A stretch of DNA of 64,000 nucleotides from Yuukianura sp. NJ FZ-2021 (lineage: Eukaryota): contig CM102288.1 in NCBI GenBank assembly GCA_046563655.1, positions 2,666,001-2,730,000 on the forward strand, given 5' to 3'. This document shows positions 11,640-23,600 of the stretch, in pieces. The notes below the pieces were generated by a model. That model worked only from the letters and a program-made list of their open reading frames with translations. It was not told the DNA's origin and made no database searches. Position 1 is the stretch's first letter. Each line of letters begins with the position of its first letter. The translations under genes and the position numbers were made by a program.

Positions 11640-14600
11640 TTACGTGTTCACATCCCAGATTTCTGCCAGGAAGGCAGGTAATTTCTTATTCTTCAGTTTT
11701 AGGCTAAAGCACATCTCTGAATTGATGTTGCCCAGGGTTCGCAGTTCGGTTAGGACGCCAAGAAGTTTTGCAAAATTTACACCTTCAAAAACAAATCCAC
11801 AATTAGTTGAAATTGCTTAAAGTAAGAATTCAATTAACACGCTTAAACTTATGTCTGACCTGGTCCAACTGGATGAAGGTATTCGACATAGGCTCTCAGC
11901 GCTTCGAGGTAAATCTCTTGAATCTTTTCTACTTTCTTAGGTTCCAAGAGGGCAGGACGTTCTGTGAGACAAATTCAAAATTATTAACAATTTCAAATTA
12001 ATGCTCAAATGTTACCACAAAAATAATTTGTGTCTTTGTAAGTCACAATTTTCTGTAAAAATCCTTACCTGAGAAAATTACTATGGCCGTAAGGAGGGCA
12101 TATTCTGCATTATCTACTTTCATCATACAAAGATGTCGACAAAAGTTAAAGAGAGGATCTGCCGTTTTCGAACAACCTGCCAAATTGTAGTTTTCACGCG
12201 TGTAAGGATAATTATTGGCAAAAACTATTGTGTCTGATTGATAGTCGTAGCGTCGCCCTGTCCGCAGCATCATCACTTCCGACGAACAGGCCTGCAAGCA
12301 CAACCAAAAAAGAATAAAAATCAGTAAAAACCAAACTCAAAAATTCAAGTCGTAATTCAGGAATCTCAAATTTTGTATCTCAAATCTCAAATTTGTATCT
12401 GAAATCTGAAATTTTTCATCTGAAATCTCAAATTTTGTTACAATTTCACAACAAATCAACAAAGAAATTCACAAATCTCAGAGTAAACGCAAAATCTTTA
12501 AAAATTGAGTAAAAAAGTGAAATTTTCCGCCGATTCTTTTCGTTTTGTGGACCTTGAGTAGCGTAATTTGATCCTCCCTTAAGAGCGTATCAAATCCCGG
12601 GAGTCTCTTTGAGAATTCCACTGTCAGTTGTACTGTGAGGATCGTCATTTCCGTAATATGTTTGAACTTCGAGTCTGCTTCTTCTCCCGTATGAATATTT
12701 GAAGAAGACTCCTGTCAAGGACAAGTAATCAATTAATTTCTTAATTAATTTACCTTAAGTAACGTAATCTGATCCTCTCTCTCCAACTTGTCGAAGCCGG
12801 GTAAGCGTTTAGAGAATTCTACAATGAGTTGAACTGTGAGGATGGTCATCTCTGTTATGGTTTGGTAGCGTCCCTCACACGCGTACTCACCGTCCATTGG
12901 AAGACCCTGACATCGGAAGCAATCAGAACAGGAAAAGAACAATTAGGTTTAAAGAGACAGCAGAAATAAGAAATCATATTTTCATGATCAAATTTTTCAC
13001 AATTTTACATTTCCACAAAACTACGATTTGACCCACAACCCACCACAAAAATAGTTTCACCACAGTGAAAATCAAGTTCGAAAAAAAAAAAGTTTTTGCC
13101 AAGAAATTCCACTTTCCTCGTTTCCTCAAAATCTTAGTTTCCTATTTTTCCTCAAAAAATCTTGCAGTTTCCTCCTTTTCCTAAAAAAATAAAAAATCTA
13201 TTTCCTCACAAAATCTCAGTTTCCTGAAGATTTCCTCAAAATCTCAGTTTCCTGAAGATTTCCTCAAAATCTCAGTTTCCTGAAGATTTCCTCAAAATCT
13301 CAGTTTCCTGAAGATTTCCTCAAAATTTCGGTTTCCTATTTTCCTCAGAAATCGGTTTCATCTGTTTCCTAAAAAATCCTCATTTCCTCATTTTGAAAAT
13401 TCAACACTTACAGAGCATTTAGCTCCTTTTTAGTGCACTGGCTCAACATTTAATTGATGTTTACATTAACTTAACATTTGCCAGTAGCACATTTCAGGAG
13501 GAGGGTATAATGGTAAAAATGACTCATGCATAATTTGCAGGTCTTTCGAGCCCAGTTCAAAAACGAAAGGGAATTTGCAACAAACAATAAATGGCCACGG
13601 CGTAGTAGGTTGGTAGGTATAGGTAAAAAAGCTAAGGTAAGCCAACAACTTACTATACAAAAGACTGTTGCGAAAAAATATTCGAGTTCAATCACCCCAC
13701 GCAGGAAAAAAACGCAAAGAAAAACCAGCCTACCACCAAGCCAGGCCCAATTCGTCAACAACAAAATTTCTGGAAATTTTTACTTTTTTATAACACTATG
13801 CTCAAAGGCTTTTTTCATTTGAGTATTTCTCTCCTCCTCTTTAAAGATCTCATCATCATCATCACCATAAAATCCAAAAACTTTTCTACCTGGGCGGGAC
13901 GTAGAATTCTAAACAATTAAACTTAGAAACTCTCAATTCATGAAATTTTTTTTGAAAAACTTACGTTGAGACGCTTGAGATCTTCTTCTGAAGGTTGCTC
14001 AAATTCATCTTGAAAGTACACGAGGCGATTGATGAGCTCTTCCTGTTCAACAGAGAGACTTCTTCCACAAGGACGAGGAATCAGCATTGGACTCGTAGGA
14101 CAAATTTGCTCTTCCTACGACAAAAAAAAATAAGAAAAAAAAGTTACTAAAAAGTTCAAAATTTTTTCTTAAGTTATCATTCTTCCGCATCAGTTGACAT
14201 CTACCAACTCCTCTTTCGTCTAATCTCCAGCGCACATCAAAAAGACGAAAAAGAAGAAACTTTTTTCAAAAAGTTTTTGAAATATAAAAAAAACTGGTTT
14301 AAAAAACTTTCAAAAAAAATTTCCACGAATTCAAGCATTCATGCGGATCTGACGGAAGAAGAACATCGTAACTTTACCGCATGACTAAATTTGCAAAGTA
14401 AAAGGAACAGAAACTCAAAAGTCTCCGTTTTCTTCGCAAAATCTGTCGCCCACACTTCAACTCTCAGAAACACAAAATTTAAAAATCGCAGGACTTTTTG
14501 AATTTGAAACTGTCAGAAATTTTTGAATTTGAAACAGCCGGAAATTTTTGAATTTGAAAATGAATTCAGTACCTTGATGTTATCCAGGAGCGTGATTTCT

Positions 14601-17600
14601 TTGGGCGTAGGTGACTGTGTCGTTGAATTTGGTTTTTCTTTATCCTTCTGTGCTTTTTTCGCTTCTCGCTTCACGGCACACTGGTACTCAGGTACAACGC
14701 CTAAATCCATCCAAATCAAACACAAATCAGCGATTATTCTCCTCCACCTCCAAATTTTTTGCAAACTGAATCAATACACTTTTTAGCACTCCAAAAAAAA
14801 ACTTTAACAAAAGCCTCCTATTATCAAATTTTGAAAAATTGATAATCTAACAAGTTGAGGCAGGACTACAATGCTCCATTGTGTCCGTCTCTCTCCTGTT
14901 TATTTAAGAAAGTTCGTTCGTCTATCTTAGAAGTCTATTTATGCATCTACTCTCCTAGCTAATTTGCAACACAAGAGGGGATTAACCCCTTACTCATCAT
15001 CATCAGCATCATCATCTCTGGAGCCTTAGTTCTAATCGAGATGCTTAAGCAGTATTCCCTCCGTTTGCAAAAAACTTGTCAAGTATATTTTGTTGAAAAA
15101 TATTTTATGCATTCTCACACTCCGGCCTCATTCCAACCGTTAGGCACTTCTTGAGTCGACACTCCTGACACTTTCTCCGCATGTACATATCAATTTCACA
15201 GTTATTTCCATACTTGCACTGGTAGACAGCATTCTTCGTGATGCTTCTTCGGAAGAACCCTGTATGGACAAAACAGAACAGAAAAAACAAGGAAATTATT
15301 TATCAGTTCAGTGCTAATTCATTTCCCAGGCCCTTCAACGCCCACTCCCTCAACTCAAACACGAACAGGAAATTGATATTCCAGAATAACATCAAATGCT
15401 CAACCAAAAAACATACTTTTGTACAGAACTGTACATTTGGACATTCCAAGTGTACAACTCTGTACAAAATCCATTAAAACATCCCATTCCTATTCGCTGA
15501 TTCGATTCACAACAACTTTGATCATTCCCTTTAACTTTCTCTTTCATTAATTTTTCTAAACTCGGCTTTTTCCAGTTATGAGTATGACCTTCGTCTATCG
15601 CATTTTACAAAGTTTTCGAAAAAATCCCGAAAAATTCATAAAATCGCCAAAATTTAACAAAAACACACCCATTTCCAAACAAAATTGCAACTTCCTCTTC
15701 CCTATTTACTTAACCTTGCCGGCGGAGAAAAAAAAACTAAGCGAATCCAGACTTCTAGGCTTCTGGAACGACTGGCAACATCCAGAAGTGGCCTTGGTGC
15801 TAAATTTTTACGCAAATATGAAACGTTGTGTAAATTGCAAAAAAAAATTTCATCACTCTTATTGACGTCCCGGTTCAAAAGTTTACATTAAAATTGGACT
15901 TTACATAAAATTACATGCGCTTGCCCAATGTTTTACAGCGTTCTAAAAAAATCGATTCTTTGATTCCAGCCGCCCGCCCTCAATTTCCAAAATTATCTTC
16001 GTCCTCAATCAATTCATCGTCAAATATTTTGTCAACCCCCATAAACTTTATATAAACAAAACAATTTTAAACAATTTCTTGGAACTTTTACAACAATCAC
16101 AATCACAAAACAAAAACCTAAATCGAACCGCCTCCACGAATAATCATTTCATTTTTCAAAAAACAGAAGGCCGTAATCATAAAATAGCTACCCGTCAATC
16201 CCTCCGCCAATTTCATGAGAAATTCGCACAAACTTTTTCGCTCACGCCACGCAGACGCACAAAGCCTTCTCGGAAATCGAGCGGAGCTCCTCTTTGCTCA
16301 GTTTTTAATTACTTTTTGAATTCTAAACTTCTTAATTAATTCTTGACGTGCTGACCTTTGCAACCTTCACAGGTTAGGGCATTGTAATGGTATCCTGAGG
16401 CTCTGTCTCCACAAACAAGACACAGTTCCTCCTGCTGCCTAGGCACGGGCCCCTTCTTCTTCTTGTCACTACTGTCTGCTCCAAATCCGCCTGTAGGTGA
16501 CAAGTCCTCGCGCCCTACAAATCACATCAAACAAATAAAATATATTAACATTTAAATCCAAAAATAAAACTTACTAACCACAATTGTCAACATTCATCAC
16601 CCAATTCTGACTCAGACTCAAAATTTCATTATCAATTTCCTCAAAATATCTAAAAACAGCCCAATTTTATTTTTCAAATCAACCCAAGTAACAATCGTCA
16701 TCTCAAAAAGTCCCGAAATTCAAACTTTCCAGAAAATTTTAAAATCAACCCAAGCAACAAATTTTAGCATAAATTACAACATTATCTTTCCGAAATCCAG
16801 CGCCCAAGTAACATATTGAGTTGGATTAGTGACACATTACTATATTTCCAGCGCAGAATCCAGACACTGGAAAAAGCAATGCAAGTGATGATCTCATTCT
16901 TTTTAGTCATGATATTATCCCCGTATTCCAGAAACAGTTTTGGAGCTTATCGGTCATTAGATAAAAAGTGGCAGTTAGCAAACTAAAGTGATCCAAGTAC
17001 ACACATGAATCTGTCGACTAATCATGCCAACCTCTATAACGTTAATGCTTCAACCAGAACTCTCGTCAATAGATAGACGAAGTTTACAAAGTAAACAATA
17101 GGTGTAAACGCCCTTCTATTTTTCTCTCTCCTTCTTTGCTTGTTCGTGTCTCTGGAAAATAAATCAAACAAACAAAGAGCTAGTCCGCAATTCTTTACTT
17201 TATCAAAAAAATTCCTTTAAAACTCACAGATTCATCCTCGGTACTTTTTACACGGAGGATGAACATAACATAACAAACCTAACATTCGAAGCACACGTCC
17301 TGTTTCGCTTCAGCAACTTCTCCCGTCTCGGTAATAACCATTTGATGTTACTCGAAACCCATTATGAGTAAAACCGTGACAAAAATCCCACGCTTTTTTC
17401 TGTTTTTCTTTAGCACATAAAATTGCAAACCATGAAAGCCAAAATTAAAATTGAAAAATCCCCACCACAGCTCTCCAGTAATTTGCAAATTTCTGACATG
17501 CCTAGACTCAAAGTTCAAAAAAATCAAAAGCTCCAGCCATCAAAATTCCAAATCAGTCTTTCCATCAGTATCAGAGAGAACAATGACATGAAAACAATAG

Positions 17601-20600
17601 AATTGTTTTGTCGAAAATGCTCCCTGGGAACCAGTATTACCCTATGCACACGCTACGTTGTGACGATGACGAAGTTTGGGCATAGTGGCGTAGTAGACTC
17701 AGATATTGAGCTGTTTCGACTCGGGAGTTGTCGGGGTGAATGCTCTCTTCAGGTGTATTTCAAGGTTAGCGTGTCAGTGTCCTTTCCCTTTCATTTCCAA
17801 CATTACGCCACAAAGATCCCACCACAACCTCATTCAAGCTCTCCTATGATCAAAAACATCAACTGGAATGCTCTTTCCCTATGTTAAAATATCAAATTTT
17901 GTCACAAACACTCGACACATCTCTCTAAACCCCTTCATCTCCAAAACTTCATCTGCCCATGCGTCTTTTCTACAAAGTCAAGAACAAGATCAAAGGGACC
18001 TAACCACCAAGTACAAACTCCTTTTTACAATGTTAACAAAATACTTTCCATCTCATTCTCCCTGCACTTTGTATTCTCCCATCATCTCTACTTGCAAATC
18101 TCTACACCACCACCAAATGACCTTCAACTCGTTTCTCATTGATCCCATCGATCCATCATCCAAACAACTACACAGTTGGTACAGCTTGTAACACTCAACC
18201 CGTGCAACACAAATAAATCTCCCACCTCAAAAAACTGTCAGAAATATCAAAAATTTCCGGTCAAAATCACAAAATTCTGTTAGAAACTCAAAATCAAAAT
18301 CGGAAGAATTTTTTTTTGTCAGAATTTCAGAAAACTTTCGCTAAACGTATCTGCAAATCTCTAAAATCATCGGTCAGTTACTCAGAATCGGAGAATTTTC
18401 TGCCGGTATTTAAAAACATCAAAATTTTCGCTCAGAATTTCAACATCCCAACTTTTCTGTCAGAATTTCAAAACCACGAAAATTTCGACCAGAATCTCAA
18501 AATTAATTTTTCACAACCTGAACCTCTTCGGCAAAAATCTTTCACAACCTCAAACTCTTCGATTCCCAGCACTTACAAACTTGAAACTCTTCAGCTAAAA
18601 ATCTGCGAAAATCACTAAAATTCTTCTACCGACGTTTCATCAAACTCTTAACATTTTTTTTTTCGTAAAAGTCTCAAAATTTCGAAAATAAATACCTGAC
18701 GAGCAACTGTCCGAAAAGGAACTGACGAATGACCCTGAATTTCGGTTATCTCGTCTTTTGGCAATCAGGGCCGTAATGTTGGCTCCAGCCGATCCTGTCA
18801 GGAGATGCGCCGGATACAAACTATTGTTGTTCATTCCAGCAGGTCCAGTCGTCATGTTATTATTATACACATTTTGAAGGTCAAGGTCCCAGAGGTCATG
18901 TTCCAGCTCATCCGTCAGACAGTCACTCCCAGTACTCCCCCGACCTCCAAGGTTTCCTAGGCCCATTTCTCCCAAAAGTAGAACACTTCCGCTCAACATA
19001 TTTGTGTTTCCACGCCGATTATGATTGGTAATTTGTCTTGAATTGTAATTAGAAGAGGATGACACCTCAGACTCATTGCCCATAGCACACGGACATTCAA
19101 TTAACAATTTAGTCTGACACTGTGTCCGACGTCCTCTTATGTCCACTTAAGCCCAAGTGACGCCTGTCTCAAGGGGCCACTTATCACTCTCAACTTTTGT
19201 CCAAAATTTTTGGCACTTTTCTCACAAAATTCTTCTCCTAGCTCTCTTTCCCAAAATCTTTCAAAACTTCCCCAATATTTTCAAAATTCCAGCACAAATG
19301 TTGCTCCAGTACTTCCAGTGATCTAGCACCCTGCAGCGTTTATAAACAAAAGACCAACAGTGTATTGACTATCACTTGCCGGGAGTAAAACCTACTCTGA
19401 TCCACCCTCCCGTGTCTTCATGCCGTCTATATCCAAACTCTCAAGTTTAAGGTCTCCCAGTTAGCCAAACCAACACTTTTCAAAAGACTATAAACCAGCG
19501 CCTATAACTTCACCATTTCCAGACTACAAGCACCAGCTCTCTAAAGTGCTAAAAGCGATGAGCCCCGTATCAAACAACTTTTACTTTCCTATACTTTATG
19601 GTCTAAAAAAACTCAGAGATAGCCTAAAGTGCAGCCCAAAGCAAAAGTCCGGGAAAACTTCCCACTGGCAATGGCAATGGGAGTGCGCAGAGTTTTTTTT
19701 CGTTTTGCCAGGGTTGAACATTCCCTCTTGGGCGTACTATGCTTACATTACTTTTCAACTAGCATGCTAAAACATAACTTTTACACCACTGACATTGACA
19801 AAAACTCCAACAACTGCCAAAAAACTAGCAAATAGCAACCTCCTACGGTACGATAGCCGCCTTCATATCTGGGCTGCTATAATCAACCCACCTCAAAGTT
19901 TCCCAGGACCACGAGAGCACTGTACCGTGGCCGGTGGCACCGCCGCGGTGTGTAGGTGGGCCACAGTCGCCAACCATTTTAGACCAAATCCCTAACCCTA
20001 CCACCATCTAACCTTATGCACCAGTCAAAAACACAAATTGTACATATCAAAGTACAATTCCCACTCCAAATTCGCAATTTGCACATCAATTCTCATGTCA
20101 ATTCAAGATCCCAATCACTTTCACGTGATGGTTGGTCCATTACGCGGACAAAACGAAGTTATAATTCAAAAACGTTGTGAAAACGTTTACGCTGCAAAAA
20201 CGTTTTTCTTTTGAGTCAATAATTTTTTCTGCCCACGATTCTTAAAAAAAAGTGCTTTTGGCTGCCTTGCAATTTCAAAATTTAACCACAATTTCAAAAT
20301 TTAGCCAAATCCTGTCGAAATTTCATCAAACACAATTTTGTTTTGGCAAAACTAATTTTTTCGCAGAATTTTTTGAAAACCAAATCCATAGCTCGAGGAT
20401 CCTACATTGGCAGAAGCCTGAAGCTGCCCTTAATGATACCATCATGCGTATCACTTCCAAAACTCTTTAACTTGTCACACTTCTTATACAATTTTAATCC
20501 CAGCCATCGGGGTTTTTGGAGACTACAAAACGACCATTAAAGGCTTAATGCTGTTTTGTTAGGTTTATATCTCACATAACCTAACAAGCACATCCCAATA

Positions 20601-23600
20601 GCCACCACAAACATATGCCATTACACACTCATTCTGCTACAAAAGTTACGCCAAAAAATCCTGCCCCACCAACTGGTTCCCGTCCATCATGGCCATAAGA
20701 AAATACCTTAGGGGTTAAAAATCTCCTTGTCCAACACTAAATTCCTCTCCCCATCAACATCATCCATCAACTTCTCAAACTAAAAACCAAAAAAGAAATG
20801 GAAAGTATGCAAAAAAAATCGCATTTAGCCAACACGGACAAAAAAAAACACAAAAAATTGCAATTTTTCATACCTCCATTTTCCAAATCCACCCTGCACG
20901 AAACCCCGCCAAAAAAATCATCTACAAACCACAATTTAAAAAGCAAAAGACTCCAAATAAAAATTAGTTCAAAAAAATTCTACTCCCTATGTTCGAATTA
21001 GTGCCAAAATTTTTGTATCTTCTACAAAAAATTTTGTCTTTTGAAACTTCGTGTTCAAATCTACATTCAACGTAACTGCGTACACAATGTTTGTCCTCCC
21101 TTGACACCTTGTAGAATTCAGCCTTGTGCAAAAATCGATTTTTTTTAAAAAGTCACGATGACTACCCTGCCTTTCTAGAAAGTACCTTGTACCTTGTCAT
21201 GCATTTCAGCACAGCACATAAAACCTAACTTTAGTCTACTCAACATAACTTTACCTAACCTTAGAGACACATTACAATACACGGAAGAAGAAAAAGCAAA
21301 AGCACCTCTTGCGTCATTGAGCAATCATAAAATTTAAACATACATTCGAGACGTTCTGTCTCCCTCCCTTCCATTTCCGAAATGAAACATTCATACAACA
21401 AACTTTTCAAAATTCAAAGAACCAACTTTTGTATAGTACTTTCAGTTCCTTTCATTTCACATTCACCTTTTCCATTTTTCAATGAAGACATAATGCACTT
21501 TTTGTTTACTTTGTGACACAAAAGACTCAACTTCCTCACAATACTAAATTAGCATTCACTATTTTACACTTAACGCTACAACATAAACGCCTGAACATGA
21601 CTAAAAAAGGCACCCAGTGCCTAAAAAGGCACCTTTAAAAACGGTTGACGCATACGTAAATTGCATCCGTTGTAACCACAATGTGTAACCATTGAAGTCT
21701 GGACATAACACTTTAAATACTCAGCCTACCAATTACAATATGCAACCACTTGTAACCACATATTTAGTGAATAAAAAATGGCGTCGGTGGTTACAATGGA
21801 TGCAATTTAGCCTTACCCCAACCTTAAAACCTATAAAGTTAAAAGTTACTTTTTCCACTTTGCACAAAATCGTAAAACTTAACATCAGTATAGTCTAACC
21901 TTACAAAAATGTTGTTAAAACCTAACCTAACAAAAGTGCTGCCTATCTTAACATAAGAGACGAAGGAAATTATCCATTCAAGGGCAAACCGTAATAGTCA
22001 CTCTCCAAGTTGTCACAGCAAATATCCTATTTTTAGCATTTTAGTACAAGCACATCATCAGAGAGAATTGCAAAAAGCTTTTTATTTTTCGCAAACCACA
22101 CATGCGTCTCGTCTCTGGAGCTTCACGGACTGATGGAAATGGAAAAAGTTCATTGAATTAGCAACCTAACACAACTTTTTAACACAAACTTGGCATAGAC
22201 AACTTCTAAATGCCAAAAAAAAACTGAACTGAAAAGTTTGCCAAAATATTTTTTTATTAATTGAGACGCGTAGGACATCTAACTTCAGGCGCCATTCTCA
22301 ATTTGCAACAAAGTTATTTCGTTCCTGTAGATGTCTATCACAATAGTGGTGGTGCACCAGTCTACCTTGACTTTTACTTTTCACAAAAAGTCACACGCTG
22401 CTGCTGCAAAATAGTGCACCTTTTGAAAACTTTTTGGACAAACTCACTCTTCCGTGACCTCTGACATTTCCTCTCTCCATCCAAACTCTTCTTGCTCTTT
22501 TCCCTTTCAAAAACCCCACCCATTTGACCTTTAGTATATACCATCACACTAGTCAAAAGTCAAACCTAATACTGCAAAAACAGGCACAGATTTACCCATT
22601 TCGCTTGAAATTTCTGCCGAGAACCGCAGAGTGTGGAGCTAATTAGTCTTTTCAAAAACGAACATGCGAAGGAAGATTGACACCATGATTGTTTTTGCTT
22701 CATTCCATTTTCTGAAAAGTCTGAATTTCAAACACACAGAAAACCAAAGCGACCTGTCAGAATCAAGTCAAATTGAGGTCACTCAGACCCCTTATGGTGA
22801 AATTACGTGTTCGAAAGAGGTCAAAATTCAAAATAAGAGTCCAAGGTCAAAATTTTCAAAATTTCGAAATCCCACAGAAGTGAAAAATGGCCCAAGGCAC
22901 ACGGCAAGGTCAACAGAAGAAAACAAACATAAAAATCATCATCGTTCTTTCTACTTTTTCAAAAACCTCGACTAGTGACATTTTCACAAAAATTGTCACA
23001 CGCATCATCTTATGAATTACCCACTTTCGAAATTTCGAACGTCCAGTTGGGCAGAAAAAAAAACGAAAATTGGAACTTGAGGTGAAACAAAAAACGAAAA
23101 ATTACAACTTGCACGGAAATGACAGGTTTTAAAACTCACAAGAGCGACTACTAAACTTTAACCATTTCCAAAATCTTCAAAATTTTGAAACAGCCTTGCC
23201 GTGCAATTTCAAAACAAACTAAAAACTCCGCCTTCGCCAATTCAAAACTTTTCCTGTCCACCCCCTTCAGTATTCCAAAACTCGCAAACTAATAATTTCA
23301 GGTCTCGACTTCCCGAATTGCCACTTGATTCAAACGTTTTTCAAAATAGTTGCTATTTTATATCAACCCTCTGTTCAAAACAAAGGTTTTTCAAAGAGCT
23401 TGTCTAAAAAGCACAAAGTTAAGTTAAAGTTACAAGGTCCTTCAAGTTTTCCAAACAATTCCATTAGGTAAATGGGGGAGACACGATCGCTTTCCAAAAG
23501 CGTCATCCCACACTCAACTCTTAGAACTCTTAAATTGCTTTGTCGCTGTTTAAATAGCCATAACTAAAAACAGATTAAAGTCTCAAACACACAAACAACC

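Noticed and set aside
11500..11642. Stop-codon readthrough of EcR into a GC-rich 3' region
   Set aside because: TAA is followed by CCT TGA, so an extension would be only two residues.
12553..12906. Twin EcR exons as a haplotype or assembly duplication
   Set aside because: The copies differ at many synonymous sites and in their 5' thirds, and the flanking intron sequence is not duplicated.
13412..13441. Possible micro-exon before a GTAAGT donor upstream of the twin exons
   Set aside because: Poor acceptor, and it contains an in-frame TAA or shifts frame. A lone donor match is expected by chance.
17423..17887. 154-aa plus-strand ORF and a coding-looking minus-strand stretch in the EcR intron
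   Set aside because: No recognisable homology. The minus frame has a stop upstream, no ATG, and a phase-2 donor that does not fit the common exon directly.
19084..19146. GTG-initiated N-terminal extension of EcR-B1 (DIRGRRTQ...)
   Set aside because: Only 21 codons, lacking a clear (K/R)RRW motif. The ATG at 19083 is sufficient.
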